The notes under the pieces are model-generated. The model worked only from the letters and a program-made list of their open reading frames with translations. It was not told where the DNA came from and did not search any database. 64,000 nt of DNA from Kudoa neothunni. Its lineage: Eukaryota; Animalia; Cnidaria. Made by a program: the position numbers and the translations under genes. The stretch is from the NCBI GenBank assembly GCA_964304625.1, contig OZ199839.1, positions 4,087,224 to 4,151,223 on the forward strand, given 5' to 3'. Below are positions 38,963 to 50,507 of the stretch, piece after piece. Each line of letters begins with the position of its first letter. The first letter of the stretch is position 1.

Positions 38963-39859
38963 CTAAAATAGATGATCTTGGTTTATTTCAATCAACCTTT
39001 TTTCGTGTCCTAAATAATGAATTAATTAATTAATGTGAAGTTGACTTGGATGTGAAAAATTACTTATGAACCCTCTTTGAATACACGTTATGTAGACTCC
39101 TGCGATAACAAACGTTGATAGAACTGCAAAAGCTATAGTTATACTGAAATTCTTTTGATCTTTCGGTCCAAGTCTTTGATTATAGGAACCTAAAAAAACA
39201 AATAATGACTTGTTTGGGCTGAATAACACTTTTACAGTTGGTTGAGTAAGTAGGAAATGCAGCTATGATTATTGGAATGTGGTTGTGATGTAGGGCGATG
39301 TTATCCTCTGCAGCATTATTGTTGGGATATACCTGTAGATAAAGTTACAGCAGCAGCAGCAACAATTCAATTAACTTACTTCAATCACCGATATGTTATT
39401 TTTGGGATAGTATTTGATATGGGGATGGAAACCACAACTAGAATAATTATTAAATTTAGAATAATAGAACAAGAAATTAATACTACTTTGAACTATTTAA
39501 AAAATAACCACTATTAAACACACAAAGTAGATCTTTTTTATGATTAAGGAGGAAGTAGAATAATCGAGGTTGGGTGTGATTATTGAATTGGTTTAGGCAA
39601 GGGTCTACAATCAAGGTGTAATTCTTAATGTTGCATCCTTCGTGGCGATTAAATATGATGGTTTTATTTGGGTATACATCCATCCCTTCCAGTCCTCCTT
39701 TGGCTACCGATGTTTCGATGCAGATGTGATCTTTAGGAAATTATCGAAATCATACCCCGACAACAGAGATCTACCATTATAAGTGCCATCTGTGAGAGTC
39801 AACTCCAACAATTGGATTGCGACGATTGAAATATAGAATGATATCCAAAGTCCCTTCAT
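38963..39859 (-). CDS. Small orphan type-I membrane protein (multi-exon)
   Basis: Signal peptide MKGLWISFYISIVAIQLLELTLT, Cys-containing ectodomain exon (HICIETSVAKGG..CNIKNYTLIVDPC), TM ITIAFAVLSTFVIAGVYITCI, tail GHEKRLIEINQDHLF*. Internal splice phases are uncertain. Confidence 0.6.
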
Positions 39860-40112
39860 ATAAGTTAACCAAAATATATCAATCGGCAATAAGGTGAATT
39901 CATTTGGACGAGGTGTAGATGAAACCATTTATATTGACACATTTGGTGGCTATTTATGATACTTTAGAGCATTTATTTAGGAGGAGTTTTGCTATGACTT
40001 GTTACTAATTTAATGTTGGATACGAAAATTAGAATATGGGCTCGTGGACGATTCATCATTTTCGTAATATGTAACACAAAACAATTCAATACATACAATA
40101 TGTCGAATTAGG

Positions 40113-43100
40113 TTAGAGATTTTGCTGATTCCTTTTATATGAATAATGTCGACTTTTTATACACATAACAATTAAAATAATCACCAGAACCAACAATAAC
40201 ACACATAACACCATTCCAGTAATATAGAATTTATTGTTAGTGTAAAAACTTCGTTTAAAGATGATGTAATCATTAGATGAGTCAGTGGTGGACGGGGTAG
40301 TTTTATTCTTAACGCATTGATTGGATTCTTTTGAATAATAATCATCACTTGACTCACATTCACACCAATAACTCCCTATGGTGTTCTTACATACACCATC
40401 GCCACATGGGTTCTTCATCTCCAAACATTCATTAATATCTTTACACACATTGTTGCTGGTCATTTTATAACCACTTAAACATTGACACAAATATCCTCCC
40501 TCGGTATTGACACAAAGTTGGCTGCAATTATTCGCCAACTTGTTCTGGCATTCATCAATATCCGAACATGTAGAATTGTCTACAGTCGAAAGTTCATAGC
40601 CGGTGAAACATTTACAATAATATGAACCGATAGTGTTAATGCAGGTGTGTTTACAAGGATTAATACCGGTTTTAGAATTGCATTCATTCACATCCAATAC
40701 TTCAAGCGATGCTTCCGAATACACAGTGCCATAATTATTCACAGCTGTGCAAACATAGATTCCACTATCACTCGGATGAATATCGTTTATAATCAAATAG
40801 CCTTCATCGAGTTTAGTGATTCGGTCATTATTTTTCAAGGGCTCCAAATTATCACTATAGAAATTATTGTGTTTATTGGAGTTGACGTGTTGTTTTAAGA
40901 GAGACCAAGAAACTTTGGGTTTTGGATAGCCTTCAGTTTCACAATGAAAAGTCACCGCCAAATGTTGTTCTAGCACCATTTTTGATGGGTTAATAGTTTT
41001 AATTCTTGGTGGTTTTTCGTACGAAGATGGAATTGTGTTCAATGTTGTTTGAAAATAATCGTTATCCACAAGCGACTTTTTACTAGCTAACTCACTCGCA
41101 TAAAAATTTTGAAATGGCTTCCACGCAAAGCCGTACGTAAACGGTGTATATTGATAATTATTTCCGTAGTAGGATTGCATTGAAAAGCCACTCTTGCTTG
41201 GAGAAGCAGTATAAAAGTTGTTTTGGCTGGTTAAAGTAGTCATTGTTGAGGAGGTGTCCAAATTGGTCGTATTATGAGTGAAGTTTCCATTCACCGCACC
41301 AATAGATGGCTCCTCAACATTCGGGTCGCGGTTTTTCTTATTATCTTTTGCTTTTCTTCTTCTCACATATACTAATAAACTGTTCACAGCCGGTGTATTC
41401 TCTATATAAGGAGGTCGAGTGTATTTGAAACAGAGATGTTTGTTATTTATCTTACAAACCACAAGGAAGCAGTAACCTTCATTTTGATACGCTGAAAAAC
41501 AATTACTATTTCTGCAACAAGAATTTTGACATTTTTCCAAATTCATCGACAACTTAATATTGAAAAATGACATCGGGATATCCCATACACGTAATTTTAC
41601 ATGTATAGGATAGCTATAGAGACAAACCCCATTGCTGCTTTTTCTGTGGAATTTGATTGGAATATGACTATCAGCGTGTATATGAGGTTGAATTTTGTTG
41701 GGTTTCTTATTTTTTAGTAGGTTCTCAAACAAACTAACACCATTACGTTTCACATAAACAACAGCTTGTTTGAAGTTGTTATCGAGAGTGTTTGAACGTG
41801 CCGTGAAGTAACACAATTTCTTGTTGGTGCATGAAAGTAGGAAGCATTTCCTACCTTTTAGGTAACCAATGTCACATGACTGACTGTCACAGCACAATTC
41901 GCCACATTTATTAATGCTGTACACGTTATCGGTTGGGCGATGTATCACAAGCACTGCTATTGTGGTGTCAGGAATGACCACATTTTCAAAAATATAATCA
42001 ACTTCACACATGTATTCTTTGTCGATAAGAGGTCGGGCAGTTGAAAATAAATCAGAGGAGTCATAAAAGTTGTTGTAGTTTACTTTCCATGGTGAAACTG
42101 TGGTAGAAGACTCATGATTTTGTTTAATACTCAATGTTTCATCCTTGTACTTGTTGAAACTTTTTTTAAGGTTATCCAACAATAATGTGTAATTATCAAA
42201 TATATTTTTAATCGACGATGACATGGAATTGGTTTTTGGGCTGCTTACCCAATGCTGGGGTGCAGCACGGGTACCATCTTCGGTTGTTTTGTTGTGAACA
42301 TAATTCCATTTGATTTCGGAAACATTTCTATGGTTCTCATTTGGCAATTTAAATGTTAAAGAGCTGCCATTTTTTGTAAGAAATTTATAAGAATTGTTTT
42401 CACTCACAAAGTCAATATCACAACCTGACTTGCTTGTGCACAAATAAAGAAGGCAAAACTTCGTAACAGGCTCATAAACATAGAGATAACATTGTTTCGT
42501 GGCACAGCAAGTTTCATTGCATTGTTGCTCAGATTGCATCTGCTCTACACACAAAATATTGCAATATTTTATTAGATTATCAAGTTTTTATAGGGAACAG
42601 TCTTGATTTCCGCTTATTCATTCTTAAATAAATGACTATTTTTTGATTGGAACAATTCATAAGCGTAATTATCTCGATGGTAAATTCTAGGAAATTTTGA
42701 CTAATATGTATATTAGTCAATTTTGGTTTGAAATTACAGCAAGTTCATTCCAAGAACTTTTCATACTACATTATTTCCGAGATAGATTTATTTAATGCAT
42801 CTAAATATTATTTAATTCTTACATCTCTGTAAACTCATTTATATGACTGTGTTTTACCCTAAATACGAATGCGTCTCATAGTTTATTCGCAATATAAAGA
42901 CATTTTTTACAACTTTTCAACGTTCATGGTGTTAATGAAATTCGCTTATTTCAGAGTGATGGCTATTTGAAGTTTATATTTTCACTTATACGGTATAATC
43001 ATCTGTTAGTTTAATTACACCATCAATTTATATACGGTAATAATGTCTGGATATTTGTTGGGAAACACGAATTATAATTAATGCAGTTTAAAGAGATTAA

Positions 43101-45329
43101 TCCGAACAATGGAAATCAATTTATACCTTGCCAAATTAAAATTTTATTAAAAAATTATAATTATTAAAAAAACAGCCATCTATTTGTTCGTCAAATGACA
43201 AATAACAAATGAAGGCGGTTATACATATTGAAACTTATTTTTCATGAGAAAATTAAATATTAAAGGTGATAGTTGTTTTAAACAGTTAGAATTTTTGAAG
43301 AATGATACGAAATTATTAGTTTTTCTGCGTGAGGTCTATTTGACCTTATGTATGCACTCGTAAATTTTTTTTGAATTCAACGAAACATTATTAAACGCTT
43401 TAAAAATGTTTATTGTTTACAGAACTTAAGAAAAATAGATTTAGGAAAATTTTTAGACCGTTTTATAATATTGTGCTTCAATATATACAATGGTCTCGAT
43501 AACGTTAAAATTAGTCGTATACGCGTCAATCAAAGTTGTTCTTTAGATTGCTCAAACAATAAATTACCCGCATTCACTTCTTTGTAATTGCCATTTATTT
43601 GAATTCCTGTTTTCCCACTGATGGTTGATCTATCTTTACAAGAGTTTGTCTTCTCGAGGAATTCGGTAGGTAGTGGCGATGAACCGAGTTCATCTTCATT
43701 GTTCGAAATACTCCTATTACCTAGAAGAGTTAAATTGTTCTATTCATATAAAATACATTTATATGTACCTTTAAAGAGAATAGATTGGCCCTGTTTTTTA
43801 GTGTACACCAAGGTGGATATCATGCTGTTATTCATACCAGGTGACGAACCCGCATAAGAGGGCTGGCACAATGTTGGTATGACACAATCAATGAGATTGC
43901 AATTAGAACCATTATAATGGGCCATTTGACAATCGTCAAGAATGCAGCAGTTGTTTACACACTCTTCGAGGTTAGACACCGAGAACGAGTTGAGAATATT
44001 TGTGGCACTTTTGATCGCATAAAATGGTGTATGTTCAAGAATGGTTGCATCACACAACAGCGAATAGTTCTTGTTGGTGTAAAGTTGTCTTTTGATAGCT
44101 GAATGATACATACTTTTTTGAAGTTTTTTTTCATCTCTCATGTAATCATAGTTGTATTGGTTCCGGATGGCGACAGGAAAATTAGATGGACCTAAATTGT
44201 TGGCTATTCTAATTCCAAATTCACTCAAATACCTTTTGTACAAAATTCCATAAGATCAGCTATTTCCATCGAGTTTAGATGTTCTTTGATTATATAGAAT
44301 TCATCAATGTTTCCATAGAAATGAAAGTCGGGAAAGAAAATCCCATCTAATACAGTTATTAAAAAGTCTCGCGGAATAGAATTATTGGCGAATTCCACAA
44401 GAATTTTTGAGGAATTCAGATAGTTTTCAATTTTTCCAGTCTCAAAGTTGTGGACAAAAGCGACATGATTCCATGAATCGATTGGAAATGGAATAGTTAC
44501 ACTGAATATTTGTTTGTGAGTGAAATTTTCTTCCCAAATGAGATGCTTATTTTCCAGTTGTATACTGGTAGAGAATGAGTTGTTTTTTTGATCATTAATT
44601 GTGAGAATGGTGATTTTGCCATCTGTGATCTTGTTTACGTAAATCCAGAAGGCGATTGTTAATCCAGACTGGTTGGTGGTTTCATCGGACTTTTTATCTT
44701 TGTTTTTCTGCGCCCAGTGTAAACTTCCATTTGATGAATATAACGAATATCCACATCTAGATTTTTCATAATTCATATATTATTATATAATAAGTTATAT
44801 CGAATATTCTTATATGAAATTATGTTGTTACTTGCTATTAGTTTTATGTAGAGAAAATTTTTAAACATTTAGTATTCGAATTTACTGCTCATTTCTTAGA
44901 CAAAACATTTTTGTATAATTTAATTATTAAAGGGGTAATCGTTTGAAATTTCACTCTATTTATTTATTTATTTATTCAACTTTTGGTTTTAAGAGGTGGT
45001 GTGAGTTGGCCAAAATATTCGGAAAAATTACTTAGCGTTCATTGTGTCGAAATTGACGGTATTGTTGGACTGAAGTAGAAGCAAGGAGTCTGACTGGAAC
45101 GATTTTTCCATGGATAACTCATCGAACCCAAAGTAGGTTAATATTTTTACATCTAGATTTTATTATATAATATATCGTAGGGTATAACGAGGCACCATCT
45201 CTGCCAACTATGAACGAACGTTTTCTTTCTTTAGAAATAAAAATATTAATAAAAAGCAAACTCTATACCAGTACCTGTAGAAACCACGATCATATAAACA
45301 AACGTGATGAAAAATAGAAATGAAATCAT
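40113..45329 (-). CDS. Large single-pass receptor/adhesion protein: signal peptide-LamG/pentraxin-4x MANSC-like-S/T-rich-Ig(I-set)-3x Ca-binding EGF-TM
   Basis: Exons join in phase via GT-AG introns: MISFLFFITFVYMIVVST; ILTYFGFD; GLTIAFWIY..WNHVAFV..FYGNIDEF (LamG); four C..CxxxCC...C...CxLxxC...C repeats; FHCETEGYPKPKVSW..DSGIYVCTAVN (Ig); DVNEC/DIDEC/DINEC EGFs; TM ITGMVLCVLLLVLVIILIVMCI. Confidence 0.9.
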
Positions 45330-45871
45330 CCACCGAATAATTATTAAATCAGCATAAGGGCTAAAACTTTCTACATTCAAGTTGGTGAACAACTTGAAGA
45401 TATTTTTTCCAATGCAATTATGTTGCTACGGTAAGGCCCGATTTTCGTAGGAGATACAAAAGAAGCTAGCACTTTCAATACATTTTGCATAGGAAATTAG
45501 AAATACATAATTCTTGTAGTTTTAATAAAATTTTCGTTAAAAAATTAATTTGTTATTATTATTTTTTTTGTTATTTTACAAAATAAATAAAATACATATT
45601 TAATATTAGATATTATAATTAGGGAAAAACTTAATTTTATTGCTAATAAAATATATCACGGACGCATCCTACAATGAGTAATCACCTAATAGATCATCAT
45701 AAAAAATCAACTGATATAATAGAGTTTATTTTACAACTCAATACCTTCTGTAGAAGACATTTTTAGGACATTATCGTAAATTTAATATTTTTGAATTAAT
45801 TTAAGAAATTCAAGAAATATTACTAAATTAGAGAGAAAATAAAATAGTCATATAGAAAAATACAATCGCTC

Positions 45872-45896
45872 TGCTATACTATACTATACTATACTA
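45872..45896. repeat. (TATAC)n microsatellite between the divergent receptor and parvin genes
   Basis: CTATACTATACTATACTATACTA. Confidence 0.8.
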
Positions 45897-46011
45897 AACT
45901 ACTCAAACAGTAATGTTTTAGGCGAGACTATTGTCCAAGACTATAATAACCGTCGCGACATTATAATAAGATTTTTTACAAAATCGTCAAATATCGATAC
46001 AGCTCTATAAA

Positions 46012-47747
46012 ATGGATCCGATCGTTCACTACAATTTAAAAAACTCAAGCTTTAGATGGTAGAGTAAATAAATTAACCAAAATAATCATGTTCATCAATA
46101 TAGATCTGAAAACAATATACGACACTAACAATAACGAAGATTTTATTCTGATTAGTAAGCATTATTGTGTTGAAAACTTTTGGATTTATAATTTTGATTA
46201 ATTTACAGCTGATGATTTAAATGAGTCAATAATCGCAGTTCACGCAAAATTATACAAACAAGAAGCATACGCTCCATTACTAAATGTTCTAATGGATCAA
46301 ATTTGATTTTAACGATGACGTTGATATAGTTCCTCAATACATTTGTGTCGGAAACAGTTTATGAAAAAGGTTTGACAGTTCGTGATATTGCTTTCGATTG
46401 CTACGATGGGTATGTGTTAGCCACTCTACTAAGTAAATTCATCGATTCACAGTCACCGAATTAATTCGATAATAGATATACTGTCAGGGGAAACGTTGGT
46501 GGAACTAAATGAACCGTCTCACAATATTTCGGATAATGTAGTTATTATCAGATTTATTCATGAACTATAATAAACCACTGTAATTTCAACAGTTAGCTGT
46601 CATCACAAAAATGTCAGATGTGTTAGCTGATTTGGTCAACAACAAAGAAGTAACCGATAATGATTGGTGGAATCCAAAATGTAAGCCAAACAGATTACTC
46701 CAATTAACTGGGCCAGTATTTACCAAACCTACTATTATATAGTGGTTAACGAAAATTTTCTACCTTCCATAATCAAATATATCGTTGTAATGATGCAGTA
46801 TTTTAATAAAGATTTTCCATTTACCGATCAAATTGCAATGCCAGTAAACGTCTATTCGGTAGGAGATAATTCTATCAATATTCTGTTTATAACTTTTTTT
46901 GCAGTTTGATGCTCAATCAAGTATGGCCAAAAAGAAGAAAAAGGTTGTCGTTTTCGATGATGCGTAAATTCTCCTCAAAAATATGATTTACTGGGTCATT
47001 TGTTGTAGAGAATCAATAGGCTTTGTTTCTCATCGCATGAAAGACGGTAATCATCCTTTTAGAAATCAAATAGACTAAATAAAAACAACTTAAGTTGACT
47101 TAATTTTTGTCAATTCTCTTCTTGAACGACAAGGGCATGAGTTAGAAAAATTTGAAAAAGTAACCTACATAAATTAATTTATCTACAATGCTCCTTACTA
47201 ACCTTTTAAGGACGTTCTAACTTTTACCTCAAGTATTCTCAATAATTTCGATGTAGATATCGAGAATATCTACACAGATGTAATTTTCACCTAACCAATC
47301 AGTAATAATATGATTTAGTTTAAAAATGGAGCCAACTATATTCTACTAATGCAATACATATTTGATTTTGCAACCCCAACGTATGAATATTTTACCAAGA
47401 CAATATCCAATGATCAAATAGTAATTTCAACCGTTGGTTAGACTTAAAAATTCAATTTCCAAAAACATTTATTTCATTGATATCACGAAATATTTTAATT
47501 TTATCAATAATTAAATTTTAATCATTTTAGGACACCAACTACAAAGTTCTAGAGGAAATCATCAATCAATGTGTAGAAGTAGCCGAAAAAGACAAAGTTG
47601 TTATGGATGGTATTTACATTAGATATCATCTAAATAAAAGTATTAATAGAGATGCTTTATGGAGAAAATCGCCAGATATTATGGTTGCATCGGAAAATAC
47701 TGAGATTCTCAAGAGAACGAAATGCAGCCAAACTACCTCTACAATAA
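46012..47747 (+). CDS. PARV: Parvin (two calponin-homology domains), highly divergent, many short exons
   Basis: FLNTFVSETVYEKGLTVRDIAFDCYDG resembles parvin VLIDWINDVL..IIVKDLAEDLYDG; WWNPK..LPSIIKYIVVMMQYF..DQIAMPV resembles KWNVD..LVAILHLLVALSQYF..DHVSIQV; DFKNGANYILLMQYIFDFATPTYEYF resembles QFADGVYLVLLMGLLEGYFVPLHSF. Confidence 0.82.
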
Positions 47748-48398
47748 AACCGATCTCATATCCAACACTATTAAACATATTTAAATCAATTCAGTTCCCT
47801 ATGTTACATTCTCTAAAATGAGCAATCAAAAATACAAGATGAATCTAATATAATCCTTATTTTTTTCATTTCATATTCGACCCTTTATTTTTTATTTATA
47901 TAAATAATTTTCGAAGTTACTTATCAATGTTCGCATACATCACGATCTTTTCTTCTACAAGCTTAAACAAATTTTTAGTCATATTATATACTATATAATA
48001 TATAGGATTAAATTATTGTTAATCTTTTTTTAATATAAAATAATTTAATTTTTTACATATTTATTAACGTGTGTGGATTCTATGGTGCCGATTTTATGAA
48101 AATACAATAAGTTTAAAATGAGAATTTTTTTAATCCTTTAAATTACAAAAATATTTATAACAACCTAATGCCAATCGCTAAGGTAACTCTTTCTAATAAA
48201 TTACGCTTACATTTCGAACAAAAATTCTATTATAATGCGTTCATTGGCAAGGTTGTTCTATGAAACAATATTTCTAAGTTTTCTTTTATAACTCATTGAA
48301 TTATATTATTAAATGGAGGGTTTTAAAAAATTACTATAGCTAAGATAAATATAATAAAATTTCCTTTTATTTTACTACTGCAAAAATCTTATTTAATA

Positions 48399-48483
48399 CA
48401 ATCAAACCTCGAATGTCCGGAAATCTCGATATCCAGGAAGAACATAGATGGTCCCAAATTTTCCTGATAATCGAGTTTTCACT
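48399..48483. mobile_element. Short Tigger-type MITE
   Basis: TA-CAATCAAACCTCGA ... TCGAGTTTTCACT-TA. Confidence 0.5.
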
Positions 48484-48986
48484 TATCCTATTTGATTGTC
48501 TTCTAAAAGATATTTAAAATAAGTAACCGAATGTACGTAATCTCCTCTTAGTAATCAAAAAAACTGCATACTAAAAGTTGCGACCCGCTAGTATATCAGG
48601 GCGTCCAATGAAACTATCGGAAAAACCAAAGGTTGAACTCTTAAAAGTCCCAAGACTCGGCGAAAAACCCAAGGTCACAAAGAATCCACGGTAATATTAT
48701 TAAAATAGTGAAAATTTTTATTCTAAACGCGTTTTCTAATTATTGTCGTCAATTGAATCGTCTTCATCATCTTCACACCTCTCAGTTAGGAAGTTTGATC
48801 TATTTTTCAAGCACTCAAGGTATCATTGGCTCACAACACCGCTGTTCATATCACGTATTTGGTTATTTGTTGGATACAACGTAAAATACGTATTATTATT
48901 TTTTCTGATCAACTGCTTTGCGAGAAGTTTACATTTTATAGTTTTAACCTTTAATAAATTTGTTCCATTTATATTGCGTGCATTAA

Positions 48987-49698
48987 CCCTCTAAGGATTT
49001 TGGAGGTAGTTTGTTTTTTGATATCTTAGAGCAGGGGTCCTCTACCATTTTTTCAACTTTCCCCCTCAGCCTGACGAATGATCGAGATTTACCCCCCCTT
49101 AACTTGGAAGCCAAATTCATATTTACCCTAAGGTTTTATACTGGTTTAGTTATAGCAGAGACTACTTGAGCGGTAAATTCTGATCCTAAAAAAACATGTA
49201 CGCTTGCATAATGACAATTTTTAATCCCATCAACTCTTACTCACAAACTGTATACAGATTTTATTTTTTAGATTTCGTTAAATGAAATTATTTCTTTCCC
49301 AATCCTTCGATCTAAGGGACCAGAAATAAATAAAAATAGTTAAAATTAATGACACTTGGATATTATTTACCATGAAATAGTCCTTTTAAGTATTATTATT
49401 ATTATTAGGCTACACCTCTAAAAGATAAACGAGACATAAAACGAAAAAACTGAGAATATTTTTATAGATAGCTGTTAAAAACTTATCCCGAAAAACATTT
49501 AAAGAATTTTTGCCTAATCCTTATTGAGTATAATAACCTTGAATAATATGATTACTTAGAAATCCGGAAGTACGTCACAAATCCATACTGCAAAAATTCT
49601 CCCTATCTAATTTTGATGTTATTTGATCTACCTCCTGCCATTTAAATTTTACCCCCAAGGGGTAATTTACCCTCGGCTGAGAACCCTGCCTTAGAGGG
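48987..49698. mobile_element. 47-bp piggyBac-type mini-element split by a hAT MITE
   Basis: TTAA-CCCTCTAAGG ... CCTTAGAGGG-TTAA. Confidence 0.7.
49032..49688. mobile_element. hAT (Buster-type) MITE
   Basis: Termini CAGGGGTCCTC / GAGAACCCTG, TSD TCTTAGAG/CCTTAGAG, subterminal TTTACCCC motifs. Confidence 0.75.
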
Positions 49699-50507
49699 TT
49701 AATGAAAAAATTCGTTCAACATTCGCGTTTTATGGAATTGTTGTCTTCAGCACCTTGATCAAACCAATCTTTAAAATAATCTACTTTTAACCAATCTTGA
49801 TTGAAGAGCATATTATCCCACGCTCTTTTTTTGAGTTCAGTTTGAAATTTCACGCATACTTTAAAATAATATGTCAATAACTTCAGAATGTTATTAAAAA
49901 AATTAGAAAATATTAAGACAGCGTTGAAATACCCAAATACAATCACAGAGTAATAAGAACAATTGGTTAAATAACAATTATTCACGGGTTGAAAGACAAT
50001 GCGTTGCTGACGATCGTGGCACCTTTTTAAAATTTTGAATAGTTTTAATTTTCTCCATTACTAAAACAATAAATATGATTATTTTACCTAATTCTAAAAC
50101 TTCTTATTCAAAACTGATCTCAAAGGACTCAATAATCTACAAATTTTGTAAATAAACAAAAAAACCCCAAGAACCCAAGAACCCAAGGTTAATCGAAAAA
50201 TCCCAAGATCTTGGAGAATAACTCAAGGTTTGGACGCCCTATAATACACACTTAAAAAGAGCGCGTCGTTTTCTGTATTTTCCTTTATTTTTCGGCATGA
50301 GTAATACAACTTCTTTTAAGTTAGAAATATTAAAAATACATTATTAAGATAATATGACTGAACAATAATTTTTAATTTTTGTATAAACCATGTTTGTTGA
50401 TAAAATGTATATATCTTTTTACACTGTGATAAAATTCAGAAAATGATCAGTTCTATGAAATTATAAATATTATTTTATTCAATATTTATTTTATAATGCT
50501 TAGTTAA

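Larger units (their letters stand above)
48597..50241 (-). mobile_element. Non-autonomous TIR element (hAT- or P-like) with CCCAAG subterminal repeats
   Basis: TIR CAGGGCGTCCAA / TTGGACGCCCTA, multiple AAACCCAAG motifs at both ends, similar 8-bp flanks TAGTATAT/TAATACAC, relic FNQDWLKVDYFKDWF resembling a transposase N-terminal zinc-finger region. Confidence 0.65.

Noticed and set aside
44184-44243. Apparent programmed frameshift between ORFs 44225-44776 and 43740-44243
   Set aside because: Explained by a 41-nt GT-AG intron giving CTK|GPSNF.
48575-48595. Helitron-like 3' end (GCG..CGC-CTAGT)
   Set aside because: Hairpin too short, and no 5' end or Rep/helicase relic.
50160-50230. Tandem AACCCAAG repeats as a CRISPR-like or telomeric array
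   Set aside because: Short, irregular subterminal repeats of the 48597-50241 element with no spacers; eukaryotic context.
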